Shown in pieces: positions 40,192 to 50,556 of a stretch of 64,000 bases of DNA. The position numbers and the translations under genes are program-made. The DNA comes from Bacteriovoracia bacterium (lineage in GTDB: Bacteria > Bdellovibrionota > UBA1018 > CAIPTA01). The stretch spans positions 1,198,486-1,262,485 of the forward strand of contig JBFWVL010000001.1 in assembly GCA_050246755.1 (NCBI GenBank), written 5' to 3'. Positions within the stretch are counted from its first letter, which is position 1; every line of letters begins with the position of its first letter. Below the pieces are notes generated by a model. The model had not been told where the DNA came from, made no database searches, and saw only the letters and a list, made by a program, of their open reading frames with translations.

Positions 40192-42132
40192 CTAGAAAAA
40201 GCGCACTACGGTTATCAGCAAAAACACCAGCATGCCCAGCATGAGCGCGGTGAGGTAATGTTCGAGCCGGCCCGTGTGCATCAAGCGCAAGGTGCGACCA
40301 GAAATTTTCGAAACTTTTGCGGTTAGCAGTACCGCCCCGTCGATTACCACCACGTCTACCATTTTCCAGAGAAAAACGGAGAAGGCGTGGATGGGACGAA
40401 CCACCAAAGCCTCGTAAAACTCATTGAGGTAGTAGCTATTGTAGAGAAAAGAAAACAGCGGGCCTTCTTCTCGGCTTTCCGGTTTCGAGAGGAACAGCGT
40501 TTTCGCGAGGAAAAGGCAACCCACTGCCACCACCACAGAAACCAGCATGAGCCCCCATTCCATGGCCAGAGTTCCGTGCCCCTGACTAGCCGGAACGATT
40601 CCCTCGAGCAAATGCTCTAGGTAATTCGGGATTGAGTGGCCGCCGAGAAAATGAGGCACGCTGAGAAACCCACCCAATGCCGCGAGCGCCGCAAGAATAA
40701 TCAGCGGAACCGTCATTAAGGGAGGAGATTCGTGCAAGTGGTGGCGCACCTCTTCGGTAGAGCGATTCTTGCCGAGGAAGGTCAAGCACACGAGACGCCC
40801 CATGTACGTGGCGGTGAGCCCCGCGGTAGCCAGCCCAACGATATAGAGAGGCAATCCACCGAGAGGGCTGGAGAAGGTCTGCCAGAGAATCTCATCTTTG
40901 GAGAAGAACCCCGAAAAAATCGGCACACCAGAAATCGCGAGAGTTCCCACCACGAAGGTCCAGTAAGTAATCGGCATATACTTCTGCAGGCCGCCCATCT
41001 TTCGCATGTCTTGCTCGCCGCCGCAGGCGTGAATCACCGAGCCCGAGCCGAGGAACATCAATGCTTTGAAAAAAGCGTGAGTCATAAGATGGAAAATCGC
41101 GGTGGTATACGCGCCCACGCCCACGGCGAGGAACATATAACCGAGCTGACTCACGGTGGAGTATGCGAGCACTTTCTTGATATCCGTCTGCACGATCGCG
41201 ATCGTCGCGGCCACGAACGCGGTCCCCACCCCGATCACCGCGATCACCGTCGAAGTAATCGGCGCGAGGCTGAATAGGAATCCTAGGCGGCAGCACATGT
41301 ATACCCCGGCCGTCACCATGGTAGCGGCGTGAATGAGAGCGGAAACGGGAGTAGGGCCGGCCATTGCATCGGGCAGCCAAACGAAGAGCGGAATCTGCGC
41401 CGATTTACCTGTAGCGCCCACGAAGAGCAAAAGGGTAATTACGGTTAGGATGCCGAAACCCACTTCCACCGAAAGACTTCCCATTGCCTCTTTCAGCTCC
41501 ACAAAGTCGAGAGTGCTGAAATGCATGAAAATTAGGAACATGCCGAGGAGGAATCCAAGGTCTCCGATACGGTTCACTACAAAAGCTTTTTTTCCGGCCT
41601 TCGCCTTTTCGATATCTTCGAACCAGAAACCAATTAGGAGGTAAGAGCAAAGCCCCACGCCTTCCCAGCCAATGAAGAGAATGGGCAGACTCGCGCCCAA
41701 GATGAGGATGAGCATCGAGGCCGTGAACATATTGAGGTAGGTGAAATAGCGGGCGGGATTCTCGTCCTCATGCATGTAGGCGATCGAATAAATGTGAATT
41801 AGGCAACCAACGCCGCTCACTACGAGGGAAAGCACGCCGGAGAGCGCGTCCACGCGGAAACGCATCGGAATATTGAAGTTCGCCACTTCGATCCAAGAAA
41901 ATGCCGTTTGCTCGAAGGCGGAGGAAACGCCCTCCTTGCCGGTGAGACGGAGATAGAGCGACACAGCCAATGCAAAGCTGCCGAAAACGCAGCCACTGGC
42001 GATCACGCCGGCCAAATCGCCAGGAATTCGCGGGATTTTTTTCCAGGGTATAGCCCCGAACAATCCGTTAATCGTGGCGCCGATAAGCGGCAGCAGGACA
42101 ATCCAACCTAAGAGACTTGTTTGTTCGGTCAT
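40192..42132 (-). CDS. nuoL: NADH-quinone oxidoreductase subunit L
   Basis: 646 aa; IPLFVWLPDAMAGPTPVSALIHAATMVTAGVYM motif and long C-terminal extension. Confidence 0.9.
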   Translation of the reverse strand: MTEQTSLLGWIVLLPLIGATINGLFGAIPWKKIPRIPGDLAGVIASGCVFGSFALAVSLYLRLTGKEGVSSAFEQTAFSWIEVANFNIPMRFRVDALSGVLSLVVSGVGCLIHIYSIAYMHEDENPARYFTYLNMFTASMLILILGASLPILFIGWEGVGLCSYLLIGFWFEDIEKAKAGKKAFVVNRIGDLGFLLGMFLIFMHFSTLDFVELKEAMGSLSVEVGFGILTVITLLLFVGATGKSAQIPLFVWLPDAMAGPTPVSALIHAATMVTAGVYMCCRLGFLFSLAPITSTVIAVIGVGTAFVAATIAIVQTDIKKVLAYSTVSQLGYMFLAVGVGAYTTAIFHLMTHAFFKALMFLGSGSVIHACGGEQDMRKMGGLQKYMPITYWTFVVGTLAISGVPIFSGFFSKDEILWQTFSSPLGGLPLYIVGLATAGLTATYMGRLVCLTFLGKNRSTEEVRHHLHESPPLMTVPLIILAALAALGGFLSVPHFLGGHSIPNYLEHLLEGIVPASQGHGTLAMEWGLMLVSVVVAVGCLFLAKTLFLSKPESREEGPLFSFLYNSYYLNEFYEALVVRPIHAFSVFLWKMVDVVVIDGAVLLTAKVSKISGRTLRLMHTGRLEHYLTALMLGMLVFLLITVVRFF

Positions 42133-42142
42133 GACGAAATCC

Positions 42143-42460
42143 TTATTGCTTCATCTGGTTCAGCTGCGCGGTGCCCACTTCACGTAAGTTCCGATAGAGC
42201 GCAATTAAGAGGCCTAATCCGATCGCGCCCTCGGCGGCGGCCACGGTCACGATAAAAAACACCATGAGCTGGCCGTTCATATCTTGATTTAAGCGGGAAA
42301 AGGTCACGAGGGTGAGGTTCACGGCCGTGAGCATTAGCTCGATGCACATTAAAACCGCGATGAGGGAGCGGCGAAGCATAATGCCCGTAAGCCCAATCGC
42401 AAACAAGGCCGCGCCCGTTATTAGCGCTGGAAAAATCATGGGGTCCGCTAAGTGATGCAT
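42143..42460 (-). CDS. nuoK: NADH-quinone oxidoreductase subunit K
   Basis: 105 aa, three helices, conserved Glu in CIELMLTAVN and VAAAEGAIGL. Confidence 0.85.
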   Translation of the reverse strand: MHHLADPMIFPALITGAALFAIGLTGIMLRRSLIAVLMCIELMLTAVNLTLVTFSRLNQDMNGQLMVFFIVTVAAAEGAIGLGLLIALYRNLREVGTAQLNQMKQ

Positions 42461-42999
42461 CAGTCCACCCTTCTTTTTGCCAGAACCACGCAGCCCACTA
42501 CCGCGATGGAAAGCAGCATGCCCACCGTGAGGAAGGGCATTACGTAATCCGAAAACATAATTTCCGAAACCACTCTCACGTTTCCACCGTTCTCGGCCAC
42601 GGCCGCCGAGGTGAATGGGCCTTTATTCGCGGCGGGAATCGACTTCATAAAAATAATCGTCATCAACGCGCAGAATCCCACCGCAATCGCGATCGGTACC
42701 GGCCAAAAACCTCTGTTCGTAGGCCAATCGATTTCCACCTGCTCCACGCTGAGAAGCATGATCACGAACACGAAGAGCACCATGATCGCGCCGGCATAAA
42801 CAAGAACTTGCACCGCGGAAACGAAATAGGCTTCCTGCATGGCGAATACTCCCGCCACATTCAGCAATACGGAGATCAGCGAGAAAGCACTCGATACTGG
42901 ATTCTTCAATGCGATCACGCCGATGGCGGAGAGCACGGCCAAGCCGCAAAAAAGATAAAAAAGAATTTGTGGGAGTAGATCCTGAAAAAATTCGTTCAT
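42460..42999 (-). CDS. nuoJ: NADH-quinone oxidoreductase subunit J
   Basis: 179 aa membrane protein in conserved position between nuoI and nuoK. Confidence 0.8.
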   Translation of the reverse strand: MNEFFQDLLPQILFYLFCGLAVLSAIGVIALKNPVSSAFSLISVLLNVAGVFAMQEAYFVSAVQVLVYAGAIMVLFVFVIMLLSVEQVEIDWPTNRGFWPVPIAIAVGFCALMTIIFMKSIPAANKGPFTSAAVAENGGNVRVVSEIMFSDYVMPFLTVGMLLSIAVVGCVVLAKRRVD

Positions 43000-43439
43000 T
43001 TCTTCGCCCTTTGAATCAAGAGATAATCTTTGTCATACACGCGGCGCTCGTAGTCGGCCATTTCGTAAATATTCGAAAGCTTAATGGCGTCCTTCGGGCA
43101 GGCTTCTTCACAAAAACCGCAAAAGCAGCAGCGTAAGATATCGATTTCGAATTTCACGGGATACTTCTCTTTATTGGCGCGCTCGCCGGCTTCAATGTGA
43201 ATGCAATCGGCGGGGCAAATCGTGGGGCAAAGCATGCAGGCCGTGCAGTTCTCCACGCCATTTACGGTTTTGATGTAATGCTGGCCACGGTAACGCGGAG
43301 AATAACTACGGCGCTCCTCGGGATATTGGTACGTGATGTTTTTTCCGAAAAACCAGAACTTCATCGTGATCAGAAGCCCTTTGAAGAGCTCGATCAAGTA
43401 GAAGCGCTGCAGAAATCCATGTTCGCGTTTAATCAGCAT
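42996..43439 (-). CDS. nuoI: NADH-quinone oxidoreductase subunit I (2x[4Fe-4S])
   Basis: 147 aa; two CxxCxxCxxxCP motifs (CTACMLCPTICP, CCFCGFCEEACP). Confidence 0.9.
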   Translation of the reverse strand: MLIKREHGFLQRFYLIELFKGLLITMKFWFFGKNITYQYPEERRSYSPRYRGQHYIKTVNGVENCTACMLCPTICPADCIHIEAGERANKEKYPVKFEIDILRCCFCGFCEEACPKDAIKLSNIYEMADYERRVYDKDYLLIQRAKK

Positions 43440-43448
43440 AAATTTTCC

Positions 43449-44552
43449 TTAATGCCCGTACATTACGGCGATCGAAACCGCCGTTGCTAGAATATTAATG
43501 AGAGCCAAGGGGACCAAAACTTTCCATCCCAGCCACATCAGCTGATCGTAGCGGAAGCGCGGAAGCGTAAAGCGAACCACGATGAAGAAAAGCATAAAGA
43601 GGATTACTTTTAGCCAGAACGTAAGCACTTGGCCGATCACCACCGCCCAATAGAGCATTTGGTCGGTGAGATGGAAATGGCTCAGGAGCGCGTGCAGGCC
43701 GGGGGCTTGCCAGCCGCCAAGAAAAAATGTCGCCACTAACCCGGAGGCGGTGATCATATGCGCGTACTCGGCCATGAAAAACAGCGACCACTTCATGCCG
43801 CCGTACTCCAGGTGATATCCGGCCACGATCTCGGCTTCCCCCTCGGGAAGGTCGAAGGGCAGACGGTTGGTTTCGGCGAAAGCGGCCACGATAAAAATCA
43901 ATGCGGCGAGAGGCTGATGAAAGATTCCCCAGTTCGGCAGAAAGCTAATCTGCTGGCCGAAGATCATCAGGGGGCCGCCCTGACTAACGGCCATCTCCAT
44001 TAAGTCTACCGTATTGTAGTTCATGATGATGGCCACAAGGCTCATCCCCATCGCGAGCTCGTAGCTGATCATTTGGGCCGTGGAGCGAAGTCCGCCGAGC
44101 ATGGAATATTTATTATTAGAAGCCCACGAAGCCACGATGATTCCATATACGGCAAGCGAAGATATCGAAGTGATGTATACGAAGCCCACGTTCATCGAAG
44201 AAAGCTGCAGGGAAATGATCGTTCCATTTACGTCGATCACCGGACCGAAAGGAACCACGGCGAAGGTCATGAAAGCGGGAACTACGCAAATTCCGGGAGC
44301 CAACAAGTAGTACCACTTGCGCACGTGACCGGGCACTAGGTCTTCCTTGAAGATAAACTTCACGGCATCGGCGATCGATTGCAGAAGGCCGAATGGGCCC
44401 ACGCGGTTCGGTCCGGTTCGATTCTGCATCCAGGAACAGATTCGGCGTTCGGCCCACGCCATTAACGGCGCCACGTGCAGGAGCACTAAAAGCACCATCG
44501 CGAGCTTTCCCACCATCGCTATCAATAAAATATTCGGAACGGTCATTTCCAC
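43449..44552 (-). CDS. nuoH: NADH-quinone oxidoreductase subunit H
   Basis: 367 aa; RTGPNRVGPFGLLQSIADAVKF and LPRFRYDQLMWLGWK motifs. Confidence 0.9.
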   Translation of the reverse strand: MEMTVPNILLIAMVGKLAMVLLVLLHVAPLMAWAERRICSWMQNRTGPNRVGPFGLLQSIADAVKFIFKEDLVPGHVRKWYYLLAPGICVVPAFMTFAVVPFGPVIDVNGTIISLQLSSMNVGFVYITSISSLAVYGIIVASWASNNKYSMLGGLRSTAQMISYELAMGMSLVAIIMNYNTVDLMEMAVSQGGPLMIFGQQISFLPNWGIFHQPLAALIFIVAAFAETNRLPFDLPEGEAEIVAGYHLEYGGMKWSLFFMAEYAHMITASGLVATFFLGGWQAPGLHALLSHFHLTDQMLYWAVVIGQVLTFWLKVILFMLFFIVVRFTLPRFRYDQLMWLGWKVLVPLALINILATAVSIAVMYGH

Positions 44553-44555
44553 GAC

Positions 44556-45974
44556 TTAACTCACTTTCCGCGACGATTCGATCAACGCGCCGATCAGGCT
44601 CGCGAGGGGCCGGCTCATGCCGATCGGCTGCGTAACGGCCTGGAAGGTTTGCTGCATTCCCTGATAATTCACGAAAGTTCCGGCTTTTTCGTACGTCGAG
44701 AGACCGGGCAATACGAATTGGTAACCGAGAAGCTCTTCCTTCAAAAACAACCCGATCGCCACCGCTTTTTTCGCTTTCTTCGCCAGCCCGTAAGGGGGGC
44801 GCACTTTGCCCGCGCTCACGAAGAAGCAAAGGTCGAATTTCGCCGGATCGAATTCCGCCGAAGCCTTAAATCCCACGGCTTCGAGTCCCTTCAAATTAGG
44901 AGATTTATCTTTACGGCGCAGCAAGTGATCGAGCGGCTTATCTTCTGAGCTCGAATTCACGGTTGGGCTATAGGAAAAATAGGCGGCGTTTGGAAATGCT
45001 TTCTTCAGCGCATGAGCTTCTTCTTGCGTGGCATCAGCGCACACGAAGAAAGCAATCGACTTGGCGCCATCCATCATTTCTTTTACGGCGGGAAGCGCTT
45101 CGTTCCACATCATGCCCTTAGGATTTCCGCCACGGAGATCCGTAGGCCCCAGTACGCGAGAGGGAGTGTGCACGTGGTGAAAGCCGTAACGGCCTTCATC
45201 GCACATCCACCACTTATTCACTTCCATATTCACGCGCGGCTCCAGACGGAAAACCACGCCGGAATCCTGCGAACCAAGAATATTACAGCCCTGCGCACAG
45301 CCGTCGCATACGCTTTCGGCCGTTTTGAGATACCACACGCGCTTTTTGAAGCGGAAATCCTTGGTGGTGAGAGAGCCCACAGGGCAAACATCAGCCAGCC
45401 CGCCGGCATAAGCAGTTTGCAGGGGCTTATCATCGATCGTGATGATCTCAGTGCTGTTTCCGCGCTGCTCGGCGATCATTTCGTGGATACCACCCACTTC
45501 GTCGCAATAGCGGATGCAGCGGGTGCAGTGAATGCAACGATTCATATTCTTCTTGATCGAAGGGCCCATATCCACATCGATAAAGGTACGGCGGAAAAAC
45601 TGGTTCCGGGTGTCTTCGGCGCCGTGGTTATAGCTATACTCCTGAAGGCTGCATTCTCCGGCCTGATCGCAAATCGGGCAATCGAGCGGATGGTTAGCGA
45701 GCAAAAATTCCTGCACGCCACCCACAGATTTTTTTACTTTTTCGGAAGTGGTGGAAATTTTCATTCCATCGGCGCAGGGCGTGGAACAAGCGGTCACCAG
45801 TTTCTTCTGGCCCTCCACTTCCACCAAGCACATTCGGCACTGTGCCACGATCGAAAGACCGTCGTGGTAGCAATAGCGGGGAATATGATTGTTTTTGGCA
45901 CGGTCGGTAGCCTGGATGATCTTCTCACCCGGCTTAAACTCTACCTGCACTCCGTCGACTATAATGTTCGGCAT
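44556..45974 (-). CDS. nuoG: NADH-quinone oxidoreductase subunit G (compact form)
   Basis: 472 aa; N-terminal 2Fe-2S and 4Fe-4S cysteine motifs (CRMCLVEVEG, CPICDQAGEC, CIHCTRCIRYC); shorter than typical NuoG. Confidence 0.85.
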   Translation of the reverse strand: MPNIIVDGVQVEFKPGEKIIQATDRAKNNHIPRYCYHDGLSIVAQCRMCLVEVEGQKKLVTACSTPCADGMKISTTSEKVKKSVGGVQEFLLANHPLDCPICDQAGECSLQEYSYNHGAEDTRNQFFRRTFIDVDMGPSIKKNMNRCIHCTRCIRYCDEVGGIHEMIAEQRGNSTEIITIDDKPLQTAYAGGLADVCPVGSLTTKDFRFKKRVWYLKTAESVCDGCAQGCNILGSQDSGVVFRLEPRVNMEVNKWWMCDEGRYGFHHVHTPSRVLGPTDLRGGNPKGMMWNEALPAVKEMMDGAKSIAFFVCADATQEEAHALKKAFPNAAYFSYSPTVNSSSEDKPLDHLLRRKDKSPNLKGLEAVGFKASAEFDPAKFDLCFFVSAGKVRPPYGLAKKAKKAVAIGLFLKEELLGYQFVLPGLSTYEKAGTFVNYQGMQQTFQAVTQPIGMSRPLASLIGALIESSRKVS

Positions 45975-45988
45975 TTTATTCCTTTAAT

Positions 45989-47278
45989 CTAGTGGCTATA
46001 GCTCGAGCTTCCAAAAGGGCAACGCTTCTCGTTCACGTGTTGCTCGTATTCGGTTCGGAATTTTTTCACCATTGAACGCAACGGCCAGGCAGTGGCTTCG
46101 CCGAATGCACAGATCGTGGTTCCGTCCATGTTATTGCAAATGTCTTCGATCAGATCGAGGTCGCCAATATTCCCCTCGCCCCGCTCGAGGCGCAGGTGAA
46201 GATCTTTGAGCCACATGGAGCCCTCGCGGCAAGGTGTACATTGTCCGCAGCTTTCCACTTGGTAAAAATGCGCGGTGCGGATCGCCACCTTGAGAATACA
46301 AGTAGCGTCGTCTATTACCATAATGCCGGCCGAGCCGAGCATGGAACCAGCCTTCGCCAAAGAATCAAAATCCAGGTTCACACTGCATTCTTCGGCCGTG
46401 AGCACCGGCGAGGAGGATCCGCCGGGAAAAGCCGCCTTCAGCTTCCGGCCCTTCCAAATTCCCCCACAATCTTCGTTGATCAACTGCATGAGAGGGTAAC
46501 CGAGGGGACGCTCGTATAGGCCAGGACGGTTTACGTGTCCAGAAATACAGAACAGCTTCATGCCGTGATTGCGCTCGGGACCGAACTGCTTGAACCAGGC
46601 GGCGCCGCGATTAATGATCATCGGAATGCAGGCTAAGGTTTCCACGTTATTCACTACCGTGGGGCAACCGAACAAACCGATAGCGGCCGGGAAAAAAGGA
46701 GGCTTGATTCGCGGTTCGCCCCGCTTTCCCTCGAGGGAATTCAGGAGCGCGGTTTCTTCTCCGCAAATATACGCGCCGGCCCCGCGATGCACGATCATGT
46801 CGAGCTGGTATCCCGTGCCGTTCACGTTTTTTCCAAGCAAACCGGCCTTATAGGCTTCTTCGATCGCTTTATCGAGGATCTTTGCCTCCTTCACGTATTC
46901 ACCGCGGATATAGCAGTAAATCATATGAGCATTGATCGCCATCGCGGCGATGATGGCACCTTCGATCATGAGATGAGGCTGGTAAGCCATGATCGCGCGA
47001 TCCTTAAAAGTGCCGGGCTCAGATTCGTCGGCGTTGATCACGAGATACTTCGGTTTATCTGAATTCTTCGGAATGAATCCCCATTTCGTGCCGCAAGGAA
47101 ATCCGGCGCCCCCGCGCCCGCGAAGGCCGCTTTCCTTTACCTCGGCCAAAACTTTTTCTGGCCCCATTTCCACGGCCTTCGGAAGAGCCGTATAACCCGA
47201 TTCATTCTTTTTATAGGCGTCGAGGCCTTCCACACCGGCCTGGCCGTAATATTTAGAGAATACGATTTCCTGCTGCAT
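45989..47278 (-). CDS. nuoF: NADH-quinone oxidoreductase subunit F (FMN/NADH-binding)
   Basis: 429 aa; GRGGAGFPCGTKW, GAGAYICGEETALLNSLEG, ESCGQCTPCREG. Confidence 0.92.
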   Translation of the reverse strand: MQQEIVFSKYYGQAGVEGLDAYKKNESGYTALPKAVEMGPEKVLAEVKESGLRGRGGAGFPCGTKWGFIPKNSDKPKYLVINADESEPGTFKDRAIMAYQPHLMIEGAIIAAMAINAHMIYCYIRGEYVKEAKILDKAIEEAYKAGLLGKNVNGTGYQLDMIVHRGAGAYICGEETALLNSLEGKRGEPRIKPPFFPAAIGLFGCPTVVNNVETLACIPMIINRGAAWFKQFGPERNHGMKLFCISGHVNRPGLYERPLGYPLMQLINEDCGGIWKGRKLKAAFPGGSSSPVLTAEECSVNLDFDSLAKAGSMLGSAGIMVIDDATCILKVAIRTAHFYQVESCGQCTPCREGSMWLKDLHLRLERGEGNIGDLDLIEDICNNMDGTTICAFGEATAWPLRSMVKKFRTEYEQHVNEKRCPFGSSSYSH

Positions 47279-47751
47279 TAGCGGAACTCCTCAAGCACTT
47301 TATCGAGCTGTTTCTCATCGAAATTCTCGTGGTAGTCGTCGTTGATCTGGCAAACCGGCGCCGTGCCGCAAGATCCGAGGCACTCCACTTCGGAAATAGT
47401 GAACATTCCATCCTTGGTGGTACCACCCAGAGAAACACCGCACTTCTTTTCCGCGCGGTGAATGAGGTCTTCGGAGCCGCGCAGCCAGCATGCGATGTTA
47501 TTGCAAAACTGGAGGTTATACTTGCCCACCGGCTTGGTGTGGAACATGTGATAAAACGTAACCACTTCTTTCACCCGCGTTTTCGGAATCGCGAGAAAAT
47601 CGGCCACATCTTGCATCGTATCGTCGGAGATCCAGCCGCGGTCTTTTTGGGCCGCATGCAGAGCCGGTAAGAGCATGGCTAGCTTATTGGGATACATTCC
47701 TTGAATGCGGTCCATCTCGGCGTAAAATTCGTTTCCAAATTTCTTTTCCAT
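47278..47751 (-). CDS. nuoE: NADH-quinone oxidoreductase subunit E (2Fe-2S)
   Basis: 157 aa; CNNIACW...CLGSCGTAPV thioredoxin-like 2Fe-2S motif. Confidence 0.9.
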   Translation of the reverse strand: MEKKFGNEFYAEMDRIQGMYPNKLAMLLPALHAAQKDRGWISDDTMQDVADFLAIPKTRVKEVVTFYHMFHTKPVGKYNLQFCNNIACWLRGSEDLIHRAEKKCGVSLGGTTKDGMFTISEVECLGSCGTAPVCQINDDYHENFDEKQLDKVLEEFR

Positions 47752-47752
47752 A

Positions 47753-48994
47753 TTAGCGGTCTAACTCCCCGGCAATAATATTCACGGAACCAATCACGGC
47801 GATCACGTCGCCCACGTTTTCACCCTTCACCATCTCGTCTACGGGCTGGAACATGAAGAAAGAGGGGGCGCGGATACGCAAGCGGTAGGCCTTGGGACCG
47901 CCGCGGCTGATCGCGTAGAAGCCCATTTCGCCATTTGGGCCCTCCATAGGGCAGTACGCTTCTCCTGGAGGAACATCGAAACCTTCCATGAAAAATTTGA
48001 AATGGTGGATCAAGGACTCCATCGAATTATAAACGCGTTCCTTTTCCGGAATCTTCACGCGTTTATCGTCGGCCCAGATTGGGCCTTTGGGCATTTTCTG
48101 CGCGATCTGGCGGAGCATGCGGATGGATTCGAAAATTTCCGCCATACGCACCAGATAGCGATCGTACACGTCGCCGCCCTTTGCCACCGGAACGTCGAAC
48201 TCCAGCTCGCGGTACGCAAGATAAGGGCGGTCCCTGCGTAGGTCGATATTTACGTTGGAAGCGCGGAGGCAAGGGCCCGTCATCGAGTAAGCGAGTGCCT
48301 GTTCGGCGGTGAAAACGCCCACACCGCGGGTACGATCCACCCAGATACGGTTGTTCGTGAGCAGCTTGTCGAGCTCCTTAAAACATCTTTCGGTTTCATC
48401 AAGCCAAGCGTTCAGACGGGGAATGAAGCCATCGGGCAAATCACCAGAAAGACCGCCCACGCGGGTATAGGTGGTGGTCAACCGTGACCCACAGAGACTT
48501 TCGATCAAACTATAAGCTTCTTCGCGCTGGTGGAATCCGATGAGAAAGTAGGTCATGGCGCCAAGGTCGAAGGCATTGATGCCCACGCAAATGATATGAT
48601 CAATGATCCGCGCCATTTCGCAAACCATCGTGCGAATCCACACGTTGCGCGGAGGAATCTCGATGCCCATGAGCTTCTCGATCGTGGTCACGTAGGCCAC
48701 GTTATTCTGCAGGGCCGAACAATAATTCAGGCGGTCCGTATAGGGAATAAACTTATGGTAGGTTTTCACCTCGCCGAGCTTTTCCATCCCGCGATGCAAA
48801 TAACCGATCTCACATTTGCTCTCCTCCACCACTTCGCCGTTGAGCCGGCAAACGATACGAAGCGTTCCGTGGGTCGCCGGATGCTGGGGACCGATATTGA
48901 TAAGCATCTGCGAACTCTCGAAGATATCGCCATTATCGTCGTCTTCGAAGGCATCGCCTTTTCTAGGGAGCTGGAGTCCGGTTAGTTTATCCAT
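47753..48994 (-). CDS. nuoD: NADH-quinone oxidoreductase subunit D
   Basis: 413 aa; NIGPQHPATHGTLRIV, IGYLHRGMEKL, YTDRLNY, C-terminal GSVNIIAGELDR. Confidence 0.92.
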   Translation of the reverse strand: MDKLTGLQLPRKGDAFEDDDNGDIFESSQMLINIGPQHPATHGTLRIVCRLNGEVVEESKCEIGYLHRGMEKLGEVKTYHKFIPYTDRLNYCSALQNNVAYVTTIEKLMGIEIPPRNVWIRTMVCEMARIIDHIICVGINAFDLGAMTYFLIGFHQREEAYSLIESLCGSRLTTTYTRVGGLSGDLPDGFIPRLNAWLDETERCFKELDKLLTNNRIWVDRTRGVGVFTAEQALAYSMTGPCLRASNVNIDLRRDRPYLAYRELEFDVPVAKGGDVYDRYLVRMAEIFESIRMLRQIAQKMPKGPIWADDKRVKIPEKERVYNSMESLIHHFKFFMEGFDVPPGEAYCPMEGPNGEMGFYAISRGGPKAYRLRIRAPSFFMFQPVDEMVKGENVGDVIAVIGSVNIIAGELDR

Positions 48995-49647
48995 TATTCA
49001 CGCTCCAATACGGTCTTGGCCGAGCCTGGAGAGCCGATTGTTTTTTCTTTACGCAGCTCGTGCCGCGACATTCTCTCCGCCGATGGATCAAGACCGAAGC
49101 TATCGGTGGATGCCGATCCCTCGAAGCGCTGGTAGCGCTTAATGGGATAGTCCTTACGCTGGGGATGCCCCACCCAGCGCTCGTCGAGCAGAATGCGGTG
49201 CAGGTGGGGATGGCCCGAAAATCTCACGCCGTACATATCGAACACCTCGCGCTCCAGCCAATTGGCGGCCCTCCAGATGCCCACCACCGAGGGAGTTTCT
49301 TCTTCTTCTCTCACCCGCACCTTAATACGGATGCGGTCGTGGTTCTGCAGGGAAAAAAGCTGGTACACCACCACGAAGCGGTGCGCCCCGCCGGGGTTCT
49401 TCAAAGTGCCGAGGCCGTAGTCCGCGATCTTATCCAGCGGAGGATTATCATCGTAAGCGGTGAGATCAGAAAGGAAGCTGTACTCGAGGCCCTCTTCCGT
49501 GCGGATCGACTGCAAAAATTCTACGATTTTTTCTTTGCGCACGAAAAAAATAGGATCATCGGTATTTTCCGATACTACTTCCTCAATGGCATCGCCGTAA
49601 CGGGCTTTGATCCTGTCGATTTTTTCCTTCGGAAAATCCATCTTCAT
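48994..49647 (-). CDS. nuoC: NADH-quinone oxidoreductase subunit C
   Basis: 217 aa; [24 protein letters not shown] signature. Confidence 0.9.
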   Translation of the reverse strand: MKMDFPKEKIDRIKARYGDAIEEVVSENTDDPIFFVRKEKIVEFLQSIRTEEGLEYSFLSDLTAYDDNPPLDKIADYGLGTLKNPGGAHRFVVVYQLFSLQNHDRIRIKVRVREEEETPSVVGIWRAANWLEREVFDMYGVRFSGHPHLHRILLDERWVGHPQRKDYPIKRYQRFEGSASTDSFGLDPSAERMSRHELRKEKTIGSPGSAKTVLERE

Positions 49648-50126
49648 TGCAGCATCGCCTTACTTTTTTTAATTTTTTCCTGGAGCCGCATCACGCCGTG
49701 AATCACGCCCTCAGGAGAGGGCGGGCAGCCGGGAATATAGATGTCCACCGGAATTACTTCATCCGCACCCTGCATAACACTGTAGGTATCGAAAATGCCG
49801 CCGGAAGAAGAACAAGCGCCCATTGCGATCACCCACTTAGGATCGGCCATTTGCTCATAGAGAGTCTTGAGCACGGGGCCCATCTTCTCCGTGATCGTGC
49901 CGGCGATGATCATCATATCGCTCTGACGAGGAGAAAAGCGCACCACCTCGGCGCCGAAACGCGCAAGATCGTAGTCGGCCGAAAGCGTGGCCATCATCTC
50001 GATTCCGCAGCAGCTCGTACCGAAAGGATAGGGCCAGAGAGAGTTGGCTCTCGCCCAATTTACAAAATCTTCCAGTCTAGTAGTTAAAACATCCGGTGCG
50101 CCGTCTTTTGGCATATCGCCCCCCAT
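49644..50126 (-). CDS. nuoB: NADH-quinone oxidoreductase subunit B (N2 cluster)
   Basis: 160 aa; [23 protein letters not shown] cysteine motifs. Confidence 0.92.
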   Translation of the reverse strand: MGGDMPKDGAPDVLTTRLEDFVNWARANSLWPYPFGTSCCGIEMMATLSADYDLARFGAEVVRFSPRQSDMMIIAGTITEKMGPVLKTLYEQMADPKWVIAMGACSSSGGIFDTYSVMQGADEVIPVDIYIPGCPPSPEGVIHGVMRLQEKIKKSKAMLQ

Positions 50127-50151
50127 TCAGGCCGCTTCTGCGGCCCAGAAA

Positions 50152-50514
50152 CTATTCCCACTCGAGCCCGCCGCGGCGCCATTCGTATAAAAAGGCCACG
50201 GTAATCATGGTCATGAAAAATAGCATTACGCCGAGGATGAAAAAGTTCACCCCGAGAAATTTCCGGTACGCGAGGGCCCACGGAAAGAGCAGGGCTACCT
50301 CCACATCGAATAATAGAAAAGAAAGTGCCACGAGATAGAAGCGAACCGAAAAACGCTTTCTCGCGTCTCCACTAGGAGGTACGCCGCATTCGTATACGGA
50401 ATTTTTGAATTTATTAGGTCGCTTTGGTCCCAAGAGAGCCGCGCCGAAAATTACGGCGAACGAGATGCCTAACCCCACGAGAAACAAAAGCAAAACCGGA
50501 AAATACCCGGACAT
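50152..50514 (-). CDS. nuoA: NADH-quinone oxidoreductase subunit A
   Basis: 120 aa; YECG motif and FDVEVALLFPW; AGGGGG-type RBS upstream of the ATG. Confidence 0.88.
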   Translation of the reverse strand: MSGYFPVLLLFLVGLGISFAVIFGAALLGPKRPNKFKNSVYECGVPPSGDARKRFSVRFYLVALSFLLFDVEVALLFPWALAYRKFLGVNFFILGVMLFFMTMITVAFLYEWRRGGLEWE

Positions 50515-50556
50515 GCTGCACCCCCTAATGTGTGCAAAAAATTTAGCATGTTGGAT

